DNA of 62,000 nt from Vicugna vicugna (Eukaryota), in NCBI GenBank assembly GCA_013265495.1, contig MU058065.1, positions 434,001 to 496,000 on the forward strand. Direction: 5' to 3'. How positions within the stretch are numbered: position 1 is the stretch's first letter; the number at the start of each line of letters is the position of its first letter. This document shows positions 37,789-49,832 of the stretch, piece by piece. A program made the position numbers and the translations under genes. The notes beneath the pieces were generated by a model. It searched no databases, was not told the DNA's origin, and saw only the letters and a list, made by a program, of their open reading frames with translations.

Positions 37789-38013
37789 CAGGGGTCAGCG
37801 AACTCTGGCTCATGGGCCAAATCCAGCCCACCATCCATTTTTGTCAATAAAATTTTGCTGGAGAAAGCCATGTTCATTGGTTTAAATATTGTCTATCTAG
37901 GGTGCTTTCCCACTATAATGGCAGAGTTGAGTAATTGCTACAGAAACCATATGGCCTGCAAGCCTGAAATATTTACTATCTGTCCATTTACAGAAAAAGT
38001 TTGCCAACACTTG
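37789..38013 (+). mobile_element. MER58A (hAT-Charlie MITE), near full length
   Basis: caggggtcagcgaact...aaatatttactatctg...aaaagtttgccaacacttg; 8-bp TSD cttcagac / ctgtagac. Confidence 0.9.
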
Positions 38014-39139
38014 CTGTAGACAGAGGCTGCCATACTTAGAGGTATTCCTGAAGAACTATCGGCATAGAGTAGACCACGATGGGTAGGTCTTCCCACGTTC
38101 TTTAGGAAACACTAAGGTTAAGGTGAACTTCAAGGGTAAGTTTGAAGGCAAAGAAAGGAAAGGTCTACGTGTCCTAATGGTGTGTATGGAAGTGGCTGCT
38201 GCCCTCAGGGTCATTTATGATTCACTGACCGGGGGTACACCAGCCTTGGATCTGTTTTCCAACCAGTTGGCGGCTCTTAACCATTCATCCCTTTCATGTG
38301 AAACTTTAACCACCTGGTCCCAGGAGCTGTGAGCTGCCCCGGCCCTCCCCCTCCAAAGTGAGGGGCTCAAGCTGATCAGTCCAATTTGTTATACTCCAGG
38401 ATTCAGTTTTGAGAAATCATGCAAATTCGGGACCCTGTGAAAAACAGGCACTTATTGAACAGCGTGTTATGTGGTAAATTTCCCATCAATGGATGCACAA
38501 AAGGCATAAAATGTGTAACCTGAGAAAGAGTCACCCGCTGGCATCATAAGTCAGTAATTCCTAATGATGGTGGGATTTGAGGTGGGCTCTGAAGGATGCT
38601 GATAAATGGAGAAGGGGGAGAAATGCTCCCCTGTGGAATGAGGGGAGATTTTCTCTTCTCTGCCGAGAACAGAGCCGAGCGACAGCTGGCTGAATTCCTG
38701 CAGGGAAAGGGAAGGGTCTTTGTGCACAGGAATGGATGATGCGGGCACGGCTTTGCGCCTTAGGAGTAAACTTCCTGAGACCTTCAAGATAGGGCATTTC
38801 TGGGCACAATACTCGCTACTGTTCCTTTAGGAACTTTTATTTGTCTTATCAAATTTCTCCCCAGTGCTATCACAATGGAAAGCCACAGGAAATATTTTGC
38901 AATTTACACATTGAAAATGAAAGGCATGCTTATAAAGAAATCCTTTTCAATGGAATTCACATGGAATGAATTAAGAAGAAACAGTAATAAACTTGCTTTC
39001 AAAGTAGGGGAAATTGAGGTGTGAGAACAACTTCCCAGAGTGACAATTAGCACCAGATTAGTTACTGAATCTGAGTCTATTAACTTCAAGTACATAGTGT
39101 TGACATGCAGTCAATACGCATGCATAAGACTATGTTAAT

Positions 39140-39196
39140 TTCTTTCTCTCTCTTTCTCTCTCTCTCTCTCTATCTATCTACCTATCTACCTATCTG
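39140..39196. repeat. (CT)n/(CTAT)n compound microsatellite
   Basis: Directly visible. Confidence 0.9.
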
Positions 39197-39252
39197 TATT
39201 TTAATTTCCTTTTTGATTGGTAAATATTTACTGCCTTGAGTTCCAAAAGACT

Positions 39253-39360
39253 GAGGTGACCATAATGCCTGCTTTGACTGCACGGTCCTGATTTATACCT
39301 GTTGTCTTGTGTAATTAATATAGTGCCCTTCATCACTCCCCAAACTATTCCAGTCATCCT
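39253..39360. mobile_element. MER94-like hAT-Blackjack MITE
   Basis: ggtgaccata...gtcctgatttatacctgttgtc...gtaattaatatagtgccc...gtcatccta. Confidence 0.65.
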
Positions 39361-39842
39361 ATCAAGAGTTCTCTACTGTTCCCTCCCTAGAACCCCTTGG
39401 CCCTTCTTATAAACCATCAACCAGTGGGCTAATGGCCACGCGACAGGGTCTGCAGAAGGGAGCATGGCTCAGCACTAAATCTGGTGTCCTTGCCTTGCCT
39501 GATCAGTGAGTAAATACTTTGACTATTATCCCTACAAGTTTGGCCTTTTCCAGATTTTCAAACTCTGTAGATGGTTGAGATTGATTTCTCCTCAGCCTGT
39601 GGCAGAGGGGAGGACACCAGTCCTCTTGTGGCCCTGGACGATGTGGTCCAGCCCGTCCATCCAGCCTCACCCTCATTCTCTGTCCTCTTGCCAAGTGGGC
39701 CTCCTCTCAGTTTTGTGAGAACAGCTCTTTCCTCTTCACTCTTATTCTGCCCCAAATACTCCTTTCCACTTATCATCTAGCAGAGTCATCTTTAGGTTCC
39801 CACTCCATGAAGACCTCCCCAGGCAAGTTTTCCTTGATCCAC

Positions 39843-40447
39843 TGTGATAGCATTATTCTAAGATGGTCCCTGAGATACCTGTCCCCCGTATATATACACC
39901 TTTTCCCAATTATTCAGTGAAACACAAATTTAGGTACAACTGTGAAGGGATTTTGCAAATATAATTAAGGTCTCCAGTAAGTTGAGCTTAAGATGGGGGT
40001 GCCTAACCTTGGTAAGCCTAACCCAATCCAGTCAACCCTAAAAAGGGACTGGGCTCTTCTGGAAGAAAGAGCTTTGACTCATGAAAGACTCAGCATGAAG
40101 GAGGGTTTTCCATTGCTGGCTTTGAAGAGGGCAGGTCTGTGACAGGGAAGGTGGGTAGTCTGCAGGGGTTGAGCCCAGCACCCAGTGGTCAGCCAGCAAA
40201 GAGGCAGGACTCTCAGTCCCACAGCTACCAGTAACTGATTTCTGCCAACTATCTGAATGGAGCTCATTAGTGGGTCATTCCCCAGAGCCTTCAGACTAGA
40301 ACTCAGTCTGGCCAACACCTTGATTTCAGCTTTTGAGATCCTGAGTAGAGAATCCAGCCACGCTGTGCCTGAGTTCTGACCTACAGGGGTTTGAGGTATT
40401 AGGTGGTTATGGGTTTAAGCTGCTATGTTTGTGGTAGTTTGTTACGA
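39843..40447 (+). mobile_element. MaLR solo LTR (MLT1E-like)
   Basis: tgtgatagc...tctaagatggtccc...ctgtgaagggattttgcaaat...ttgctggctttgaag...tttaagctgctatgtttgtggtagtttgttac. Confidence 0.85.
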
Positions 40448-40545
40448 TGTCCAGAGTCCAGCTCACACTCCTTTCTTACCCATCCGTAAGATCATATTCC
40501 TTCCTTTCATTGGTCTCATTCAGTTTCTATTTATATATTAAGTTG

Positions 40546-40978
40546 TGTTGTGGATTGAGTAGTGTCTCCCAAAAATTCATGTCCACTGGGAACCTCACAA
40601 GGTGACCTTATTTGGAAATAGGGCCTTTACAGATGTAAATAATTAAGGACCATGAGATGAAATCAACCTAGATTTAGGGTGGGCTCTAAATACAGTATCT
40701 GCTCTTCTTATAAGAAAAGAGGACACAGAGACACACAGAGGAAAGGAAGATGTGAAGATGGAAGTAGAGGCTGAGTGAAGTGACTTCCAAGCCAACAAAT
40801 GGCAGAAGCTGGAAAAGGCGAGGAAGGATTGTCTCCTAGAACCTTCAGAGGAAGTCTGGCTCTGCCAACATCTTGATTTCAGACTTCTGTCCTCCAGAAC
40901 TGGAAAAGAATACATTTCTGTTGCTTAAAGTAACCCAGTTTGTAGAATTTTATTATGACAGCATTAAGAAACCAGCAC
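40546..40978 (+). mobile_element. MaLR solo LTR (MLT1C-like)
   Basis: tgttgtggattga...gtgaccttatttggaaatagggcctttacagatgtaa...ctgccaacatcttgatttcagacttc...gaaaccagcaca. Confidence 0.88.
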
Positions 40979-41140
40979 AAAGTGCATGATTTTTAAAAAT
41001 TTTTGGATTCTACCAAGCCCCTTGACTTAAGGGCTGTCTGTTTGTCATGCATGGTGTCTTCAGCACCCTTCCCAATGTCTGGCACAGAGTATGGGCTCAA
41101 AATACAAATCACCATCTAATTAATGCATATATGGTTGTAT

Positions 41141-41257
41141 GAATGGAAAAATGGCTGAGATGGGGTGGGGTTTGGCTCAGTGCTTAGCAGACACAAGGTC
41201 CTGGGTTCAATTCCCAGTGCCTCCATTAAAAAAAAAAATCTAAAAAAAAAAAAAAAA
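41141..41257 (+). mobile_element. Vic-1-type SINE, internally deleted
   Basis: ggctcagtgcttagc...caaggtcctgggttcaattcccagtgcctcc plus A-tail; flanks ggctgaga / gactgaga. Confidence 0.85.
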
Positions 41258-42059
41258 GAGACTGAGAGCTTTTCTCTGTCTCTGGTTTATCTTCCTTTTC
41301 AGCACACTAGGGAACAGATATCTCAGAAGGAATTTTGAGCACAAGTCCAGGTTTGCGATCAGTCTACTGTGTATTTGGGGACCACAACTTCTCAGAGCCC
41401 TCCTTCTACAACAGGGCCAGCAATGTTCTTGGATTATCTCCATTCAGAGCTGGATATAGATTTTAACAAAGACTCAACTTCCGTCCTGGGCATCTAGGGT
41501 AATGCGGACTAATATGAGTGCCTCTGACATGAGCTTAGCTGTAGTCAGACTTTGGGGCTGCCCTTGATGGAAACGCCCTAATGTAAATAAAAGAAAACTA
41601 TGGATATACACTGAGAAGAACACAGAATTGAAGGAGGCTTTGAGCAGCTAGAAGCCTGGAAGGGCAGAACCGAGGCCTCAAAGATACTTCGAGTATCTTA
41701 GAAACAGACTCTCCGGGTCATCTCTTGAGGTCTCCCCCACTGGCTGATTCAGAGTGGCTCACTTTAGTCACATGCTCATCCCATGGTCAGAGTCCTGTGA
41801 CTGGCCGTTCCACTGAACCATGTGAAGTAAGGAAGTTCCACAAATAAAGATGATACTGTTACCAAAAGACAGGAAAGGGAAGCTGCACAGATAACCAGGA
41901 CAACTTTCTTTAAACTCTCCATGTAAGCTCATTCTCAAACCAAATGCCCCAACCAAAATTTGTTCTGTTCTTTTTGCCTTTTAGATTTCACCTTTCCTCC
42001 TGGTATCAGTGTCCCCTTACTTTTGGAGAAACCTTCTTTACATCTATTTGGTGTGAGTG

Positions 42060-42510
42060 GAGCTCCAGGTATGCATAGGAGACCCCAGCCAGGCTAATTC
42101 AAGCCAAGGAATTTTTAATTTTTTTGTTGTATGTATTAGAGGAAAAATATTTTTTTTTAAAAATTCTTGAGGTTGCTACGAATGTAGGGTATAACTCTTG
42201 AAAGTCTAATTTCCACACAAAGGGAAGACTGAGAGTGGAGCCAAAAGAGAGGAGATCACAATGAGGAGGGAGGAGAGGAAGACTGAGCCGTCATGATGTC
42301 ACCTGTGTCCCAAATCTGACCCAAATTCTGGGCTTTTCAATTGAATGAGCCTCCTTCCTTCTCCCTCCCTCCCATTCTCCTCCTTTCCTTCTTGCTTTCC
42401 TATCCTCTCCCTTCTCCACTTCCTCATCTTTCTTTTATCTTTTTTTTTTGGCTAGAGCATCTATGAATTGTAGTTTCTGTCACTTGCAACCAAAGGAATT
42501 CTGAGTAAGT
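42060..42510 (+). mobile_element. Old MaLR LTR (MLT1J/K/L group)
   Basis: gggcttttcaattgaatgagcc...gtttctgtcacttgcaaccaaaggaattctga. Confidence 0.6.
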
Positions 42511-43628
42511 TGGAGAGAGAGAGAGAGTTCCACCAATAAATAGTGAGGACAGCAAAATCTCCTGACTGTCTCTGTGAGTGCAAGTTCTGCTGCGGTGCAC
42601 ACAGTGAGTCTGTCTTTTCCCTCCTCTCCAGAGGGCACACAGTGTGTCTGGCGTTGTATTTTTCATCTTCCCCCCAATAGCTCGGATTGATTGTGTCCAG
42701 TCCCTGTTGTCCTCTGATATGGCCCCTTGAACTATCTTCCTACTCTTTCTGTGCCTGCTTTGACAGTTGCTCTCACTCTCTCGAAAGTTGCAAATGTTTC
42801 TCACTGTTGCTCTGAAAAGTGGGAATCATGCAGAGAGAGGTGTTATCTGTCAGCACGGTAGCGTTGTGAGATTGCCTTGCCAAGTTGGCGAGACCCTTCA
42901 AATTATTTCCCTCAGGGTGTGGAACTTTGTGAAGGTCTCTTTTACTTTTGCTGTAATGAAGTCAAGTGCATAAAGGCATGTGTGCCTGCCTGCGTGTGGA
43001 CATCGCCTGCCTGAGACAGGCTGGTTCACAAGGACCGCATCATCCATCACTTTTGCTGCAGCTCCTGGCCTCTGTTTTGAGAAATGTGATTTGCCAGTCT
43101 GAGGCTGTGATCTGAGCTGTGGCTGAGCTAGGAAAGGAAAAATTAAGAGAGGGCTTCTCAGGGCTTCCTTGGTTATCATGGAGCCAAGCTATTGGCATGG
43201 ATGTAATTTCTCCCTGCCCACCTCTGACTCGGCCACGGAGCGACTGTTAGAATGATTGGTGACTGAGAGAAGTGGAGTTGTTTGAGGATAATGTAGAGCA
43301 TCACTTTTATGGACTTCAATATATTGTTTCAATGGACATGTGGCCTTGCAACTCTGTTCCCGTGAATGTGGGATGCTGTTCTTTGTACATCCAGTGAGTG
43401 TCTGTCACTGCTGTGCCATGTTCATGGGTTTTATTATGATCATGTCCCTTGTCTGAATTGATTGAACCACATTGCTTGGAAGCCCAAATGACAGCAGCTG
43501 TTTCTCTGTTTAAAAGAAAGCTCTACATTTCTATTAGTAAGTTGCTAAATCTCTTATGATGAAATACTGCAATTATAAGCAGAAGGCTCCCCAGTATTCA
43601 CTTACCTGTAATTTATAAACTTATTCTT

Positions 43629-43800
43629 TTAAAAAAATATGATTCTTTCTTGGTTTTATTAGGCTGGCTCTTTCTTTTCTTTTCTTTTTTAAATTAGCTT
43701 CCTTCTTTTCTTCTTTTTTGCTTTTTTTTTTTATTAGTATTAAGCCTAGGACCTCCTGTATGCTAAGCATGTGCTCTACCTCTGACTTATACCCTCCCCA
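43629..43800 (-). mobile_element. Vic-1-type SINE
   Basis: ggacctcctgtatgctaagcatgtgctctacc...tataccctcccc; TSD ttataaacttattctt 43613-43628 / ttgtaagcttattctt 43802-43817. Confidence 0.85.
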
Positions 43801-44329
43801 CTTGTAAGCTTATTCTTGCAAAAGGCATTCTGGTAGAGCTCCAGGAAGAGCATGCAGGTTGCTATGAGAATACATTAGAAGATTCAGAGGATATTTCAGA
43901 GAAGGCTTCTAGCGGAGGATGATTTGGGGACAGGCAATAAATCTTAGCCAGGCTGAAAAAAATACAGCAAGAGCATTACACACAAAAGAAGCAACAAAAA
44001 TAAACGTAGGCTTCTCAAACATTCCTGCAACCTTCGTAAGAAGTATCCATAAAGACACAAGATGCAACAGAAAACTCCTTGATACACGTTCTCATAAAAT
44101 AACATTAGAAATTGGTGTTAGATTTTCAATGGAAGTTTGCTATCATTTAATCACTTCAAAACAAATAAAGAGAAGACACTGTCCTATGTAGAAACACATG
44201 CCATGTGAAGAGGGAACAGGGCCCATCCATCTCTGGGGGTGTGGCCACGGATTCGTGCTCATGGGTAAATAAGGTCATTGTCTTTCAATCCCTGCACAAT
44301 ACAGAGAGGGCAGACCCATGTTACCATCC

Positions 44330-44470
44330 ACTAGCTCTGTGATCTTTGGAAGTTGTTTAATTAATCTGAGTCTTTTTTCCTCATCTGTAAAATGGAGCTA
44401 ATGATAGTATCAACAGTTCCTGCTAGGTTTAAAGGAGAAATTGTCTTTAAAGTGCTTATTACTCCTTCTA
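44330..44470 (+). mobile_element. MIR SINE
   Basis: ctagctctgtgatctttggaag...ttcctcatctgtaaaatgg. Confidence 0.75.
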
Positions 44471-44499
44471 GAGAAAGAATAAAAATGAACCACTGACCC

Positions 44500-45175
44500 C
44501 TTAAATAAAATAAATACTAGAAAACAATCAGAAGGAAAGTATGGGAAAAGGCATAACGCAGATAAAAGCAAAAATTATGAATTAAACAGACAAATCGCTG
44601 ATAAACTCAAGATATTTTTACATCAGAGAAAAGAGATTAATATTTAAGTTCAACAAAAACTAGAGAGAACAGAAGGCACAATATTGTATGTTAAATGCAT
44701 TGTAACACTCCTGTGCATTGATCCAGAATTGCCCCTTTTGGAAAATTCTCATGAGGGTATAATCACGGAAGTAAGGAAAGATTTACAAATATATGAATTA
44801 TTTTGGGGGGGAAAGTAATAGAAACAGCATCTATTAGTAAGTAATCCATTAATAAATTATGGTAGAGCCTAATAATCAAAACCTATGAAGAAGATTTTGG
44901 GTACAGAAGAAGACTCATAATAAAGTATGAAGCTAAGCCAAAATGCTGCTCATTTAGATACTAATTTATTTTTTAAAATCCATATGAGTTTATAGATATG
45001 GGGAAGGGTGAGTGTGTATGTGTATGTTTGAAGGGTAATAAGGTAGTTTAAGATACTCAGATATACACAGTGGGGTCAGAGAATTATATAGTGAATTTGA
45101 TTTTCTTTTGTATATTTTTAAAAATTTCCTGATTTTGTGCAATGAGCATATGTTGCTTTGGTACCAGAAAAAAAA
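44500..45175 (+). mobile_element. Ancient L1ME fragments
   Basis: ttgatccagaattgccccttttggaaa...aataaattatggta...A-rich degraded ORF2/3'UTR. Confidence 0.45.
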
Positions 45176-46169
45176 AGTATGCATAAAATACTAGAAGTTA
45201 TCTTTTTTTTTTCAAGCCATTCCCTAACATGGAAATAATTGAAAGATCTCTCTTCCTCTCTCTTTCTTATAAGACAGTTTGCTGGACGAAGTAAAGTCCA
45301 AGGATTCTTGTACAAATAAAAATCAGTATGAAGAAATTTTTATGGACAAAGACTACTGTTTTCCAAAGCTCATCAAAGGGCTATGGGAGAGGGCATTGAA
45401 AATATCCATCATTTTCACCCAAATCTCTTTGCACTTTCATCTCTTCCCTTTGTATACACTGGCCAGGTGAGACATCCTACCATAGTCAGGGTCCTCACGT
45501 GATCCATTCTCCGAGACTCACCCTAATCATATTTTTTTTCCTGAACTGGCAGAGTCAAATCATATTTGTATATATTTGAACATAACTTACAGGCATAATT
45601 GTTTTTTTTTTAAATCTAGCTGTATATTTTAGTTCCCTTCTCATTTAGGAAATTTAGATGTAAAGTAAGTCCACTCAGCAGTACTTACTCTGTTCATTTC
45701 CTGAAGCAGTCAAAAGAAAATACCCGGTGTCTGTATGAAGTTGCATGAACTTCATACAGTGAATTCATTTCTAAGTACTCTTATTTCTTAAATTGGTTTA
45801 CACTTCACACTTTTAAGCTTTTTGTTTTGTACCAATTTAGTATTGCCTATGCTCATAGCAAGTCAGTCAAGAAGACCAGCAAACCTGGGGCAGGGGTTGA
45901 GTTCCTTGAGTCGTCTCTAGGAAAACACTTGATCTTCCTGTAAGGCAGCATTCTCTTCTGTAAAAGGAGAAGTCTGTTTGCGTAAATTCTCTCTTGGTTG
46001 TCCTGGGAGGATTAAATAGCCGATGTCTGGAAGCAACATGAGCGATTCTGAAAATGAGGCTCTGGGGATCTGCGATTCTCTTTCTCAGAAGGATTTATGA
46101 CTTCAGCATTGCGTGCATTGTGTGTACAGAGCTGAGAGTGACGTTCCTGGTTCAAGACAGGAATTCGCT

Positions 46170-46420
46170 TCTTTAGCAAACACATATGCAGTGCTTAGCT
46201 TGTTCCAAGCACCATTCGCAGCTCTACAAATTTTAATTAATTTAATCCTTGCCATAACCCTATGACATTGGCACTTTTATTATTTTCATTTTCTAAGGTA
46301 AGGAAACAGCCCCAGAGCGGTGAGATAATTTGCCCCAAGTCTTGCATTTACTAAATGATTGAGTCAGAAACTCAAGCTACCCGTCTGTAGATTTCATGTT
46401 TATAACCATGATCCATACTG
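46170..46420 (-). mobile_element. MIR SINE
   Basis: atttaatccttgccataaccctatga...cattttctaaggtaaggaaacag...aatttgccccaagtc. Confidence 0.75.
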
Positions 46421-46917
46421 CTTTGAAGGAATTGTTGAGAAGTGGCTGAAAGGAACCCCCATTTTATGTTGTTGAAAGGGTTTTTTTAAAAACGTATAAT
46501 CTTATTAACGTTATATCCTTCGTGATTGATAGGCAATATTTATCCCACATGGTATGTGATTTCTGAACTTAATCTTCTGAGAGTGGTTCTTCTTCTTAAA
46601 TGCCTTCCATGAGTTGACGGAACCCTTCCCATCACATGCACTTGGATGTATTTGAACACACATGTTGAGAACCGCCTAAGAGGGTAGAGCGAATGTTCTC
46701 TTCTGGATCCACGGAGGAATAATCTCAGCACGAATCTGTCCTTCAGGAGGCTGAGAGGACGCACGAAAACCTTTAAGGAGATAAATTGTTTTGAGGATTT
46801 TTAATCTGTGAGCCCAGCAGATTCCCCTCCATGCTGGATGCACTCGAATAGCCCTCCCTCAGTGTAACACCACCGTCTTGGCTCTCAGTGGAATTAACCT
46901 GGCTGTACATGACATTC

Positions 46918-46954
46918 AGCATTTGATCAAAATGAATGTAATGCAACTGCCATT
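46918..46954 (+). repeat. Left arm of perfect 37-bp inverted repeat
   Basis: agcatttgatcaaaatgaatgtaatgcaactgccatt is the exact reverse complement of 48422-48458. Confidence 0.95.
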
Positions 46955-47971
46955 TCAGATACCATTTGTTAAATTTTCAAAATGTCGCTATTTTACCGAA
47001 CATGAAGCTTAGGCCAATCATGACTTTTTTTTTTTTTCTTTTTGCTTCAAACAAGTAATGCAAGTCGAAATACCTGCTTTTTTAATATAATGAAAGAGAA
47101 ATCCTGAAATGTATGTCACCATCAAGCCATCTCATTTCTTTCTGAACGCATATGTAAAATTAAATGCCATCAACCTCAAAATTGACTGTGGGGTTCAGAA
47201 TCTCCTTGAAATAACTGCTATCAGTAAGAGCTATAACAAAACTTGTGAACATCATCTCCATCCTCTGCGAGTGACTTCGCATGAGATTCTTAGAGCCCTG
47301 GTGGCACTTTACAATTGGAATTGTTCTTTAATAAACTCTTTCCTCACAGCTTACCACCCCATACTCAGTGAGTCACTTCACAGCCCATTTAAAGGGCAGA
47401 CGCGTCTCATTACCTTTGTAATCCAAAGGGAAAAATGACAGATCACTACATTTGAAAAGTGGTTGTTAGAGTTAAGGCAAAAAAAGAGACAAAAATGGTT
47501 AAATATCAAACACAGAAGAGACATTAGAGCAAAGAGATGGTTAGAAACTCCTACAAACAATGGACAATGCTTCCTTTTTTTATTTTAAAATGCTTAGGTA
47601 ATTATAGAATGCCTGTAACCAAATTCCTGTTTCTTTAATTAATTTATTTATTTTCGGTCGAGCACTTGGTTTGTTCATATGCCTATGGGGGGAAGCTAAG
47701 AGATTTCAGGTAGGTACCACAAGAGTGGTGTGTACTTCTGCTGTTGTAACACCCTAACTGAGTCATGTCTATTCAGATTCGATCTACAGGGCTTCTGGCA
47801 ACACACTGATCTCTTCTAGCTCTCTGGAAACTGACAGCGTCTCCAACATCTCACCTGTCGGTGGGAGCTGTGAAATCCAGCCCGGGAGTGGCGGGTGATG
47901 GGCTTCTGTTCTCTGGAGATCAGCCCTGTTTCATTTTTGCTTCTCAGTCTCATATTTGTTCAACACCTCTT

Positions 47972-48355
47972 TTTTTTTTCTTAACTGAAGTATAGTGATA
48001 TGCAATGCTGTGTTAGTTTCAGGTGTACAGAAAAGTGATTCTGTTATTCATGTCTGTATCTTTATCTGTGTCTGTACTTTTTCAGAGCCTTTTCCATCAT
48101 AGCTTATTACCAGGTATTGAATATAGTTCTCTGTAATATACAATAGATCCTTGTTGTTTGTCTATTTTATATATAGTAGTGTGTATCTGTCAATCCCAAA
48201 CTCCCAGTTTATCTTCTTCACCCACTTTGGTAACCGTAAGTTTGTTTTCTTTGTCTGTGAGTCTATTTATATTTTGTAAATAAGTTCATCTGTGTCATTT
48301 TTTTTTAGGTTCCACATATAAGTGATATCATATGATATTTGTCTTTCTCTTACTT
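47972..48355 (-). mobile_element. L1 3' end (artiodactyl type, canonical 3'UTR)
   Basis: Poly-T, antisense 3'UTR, TSD acacctctt 47963-47971 / 48356-48364. Confidence 0.9.
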
Positions 48356-48421
48356 ACACCTCTTCAAGCAATTAATTTCTCTTTAAACAATTAATCAATT
48401 AATTTCCTTAAACAATTAATT

Positions 48422-48458
48422 AATGGCAGTTGCATTACATTCATTTTGATCAAATGCT
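48422..48458 (-). repeat. Right arm of perfect 37-bp inverted repeat
   Basis: aatggcagttgcattacattcattttgatcaaatgct. Confidence 0.95.
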
Positions 48459-48645
48459 CTATTTAAAGTACTTAAAATAATTCAATTTTCCTGAATGGAT
48501 CTTAAGCTTAACTTCAGGAAACTCATAGAAAATAAATGATACCTCTTTAATCTTAATGATATCACTTAGAAATCATTCTTACGCTGGTGAGTATTTTTAG
48601 AAGGGGCTTAAAAAGTTATGCTAATAGCAATTTAAAAGCTGTTAT

Positions 48646-48777
48646 TGGTGGCGAGAGTATAGCTCAGTGGTAGAGTCTGTGCTTACCATATATGAGGTCC
48701 TGGGTTCAATCCCCTGTACCTCCATTATAATAAAAATAAATATGTGAATAAATAAACCTAATTACTCCCCCTAAAAT
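48646..48777 (+). mobile_element. Vic-1-type SINE
   Basis: gtatagctcagtggtagag...gaggtcctgggttcaatcccc...aaataaacctaattactccccc; TSD aaaagctgttat 48634-48645 / 48778-48789. Confidence 0.92.
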
Positions 48778-49309
48778 AAAAGCTGTTATCAAGCAATAAT
48801 TAATCAATTGCATTTATTCATTAATTCTTTACTGACATGCCCAATGTTATATTTATCATAAACATGTAAAATTTATTCCTAGCTTTTACATAATTTGCTT
48901 CTCTGATTATTTCTTACTTAGTTTTAACCAGATTACAAAACAATAATTTGATTGGAAGGAGAAATAAATGCTAGTTTTAATTAAAAACCCTAGTTAGCAA
49001 GGAGTAAAGCAAGTCTAATCACTGTAACCAAAACAACAAGGCAATTATAAATTTTGGAACTGTCAAAGCAGTTTGAAGCCGCTAGAGAACTGCCAAGCAT
49101 TTGCAAACCTCTAAAGTCCAATTTGAAACATCATTGAAAAAAAAAACCTTTGATTCTAAAATAGACTTCACAATTTACTTATAGGACTAAGTATAGTGTT
49201 TCTGGATGCAGAACACATTGCTTCTAACTTCTGTAAGGTTCATAGAAATCTCAGCAAAAAGTGAAACTGGTCAATGGTCAACTTGGAGAATTAGAGAAGC
49301 CTCAAGTGC

Positions 49310-49540
49310 TGAGAGGCAGGTGGTGCATGGTGTGGCACCAACCTGAGTCAGAATCTTGGCATTCATTAGATCATCATTATGAGCTGTAGAGGGCAGATTT
49401 CTCCTCTCTGAGAGTGATGACTAGGATTATAATAATAGAAATGAACTCACAGAATTATGGCGAGGATCACATATTAAATACTTACAATAATGTCTGGGAG
49501 ATAGTAAACATTCAGTAAATGTCATTGTTAACAATTGTTA
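49310..49540 (+). mobile_element. MIR SINE
   Basis: gagaggcaggtggtgcatggtg...cctgagtcagaatcttggc...atagtaaacattcagtaaatgtc. Confidence 0.6.
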
Positions 49541-49621
49541 CTGTGTCTGGGATGGTCACAGGGCACAGGCAGCCTGGACATTAATAAGTAACTTACCTCT
49601 GACCAGTATAGTTACCTCAGA

Positions 49622-49832
49622 CCCCTTCCTTCCTCCCTCCCTTCCTTCCTTCCTTCCTCCCTCCGTTCCTTCCTTCCTTCCTCCCTCCCTCCCTTCCTTC
49701 CTTCCATCCTTCCTTCCTTCCTTCTTTCCTCCCCTCTTTCTTCCATCCTTCTCTCCCACTCTCTCTCTTCCTCCTTCTTTCTTTGACTGTGATTGTCTTT
49801 TTCTGTTTCCTTTTAGTCCTCTCTCTCTCTCC
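49622..49832. repeat. (TTCC)n / polypyrimidine low-complexity tract
   Basis: Directly visible. Confidence 0.9.

Noticed and set aside
43598..43609. Isolated consensus splice donors (minus CAG|GTAAGT here; others near 47414, 49595, 51425)
   Set aside because: No matching acceptor with a credible exon; such motifs are expected by chance at this length.
45731..45759. Resemblance of palindrome arms to loxP half-sites
   Set aside because: Arms are in the opposite arrangement, the spacer is 5 not 8 nt, and there are mismatches.
48646..48725. tRNA gene (A and B boxes); also at 19350-19425, 41141-41225, 43740-43800
   Set aside because: These are SINE heads with A-rich tails and TSDs; no intact cloverleaf.
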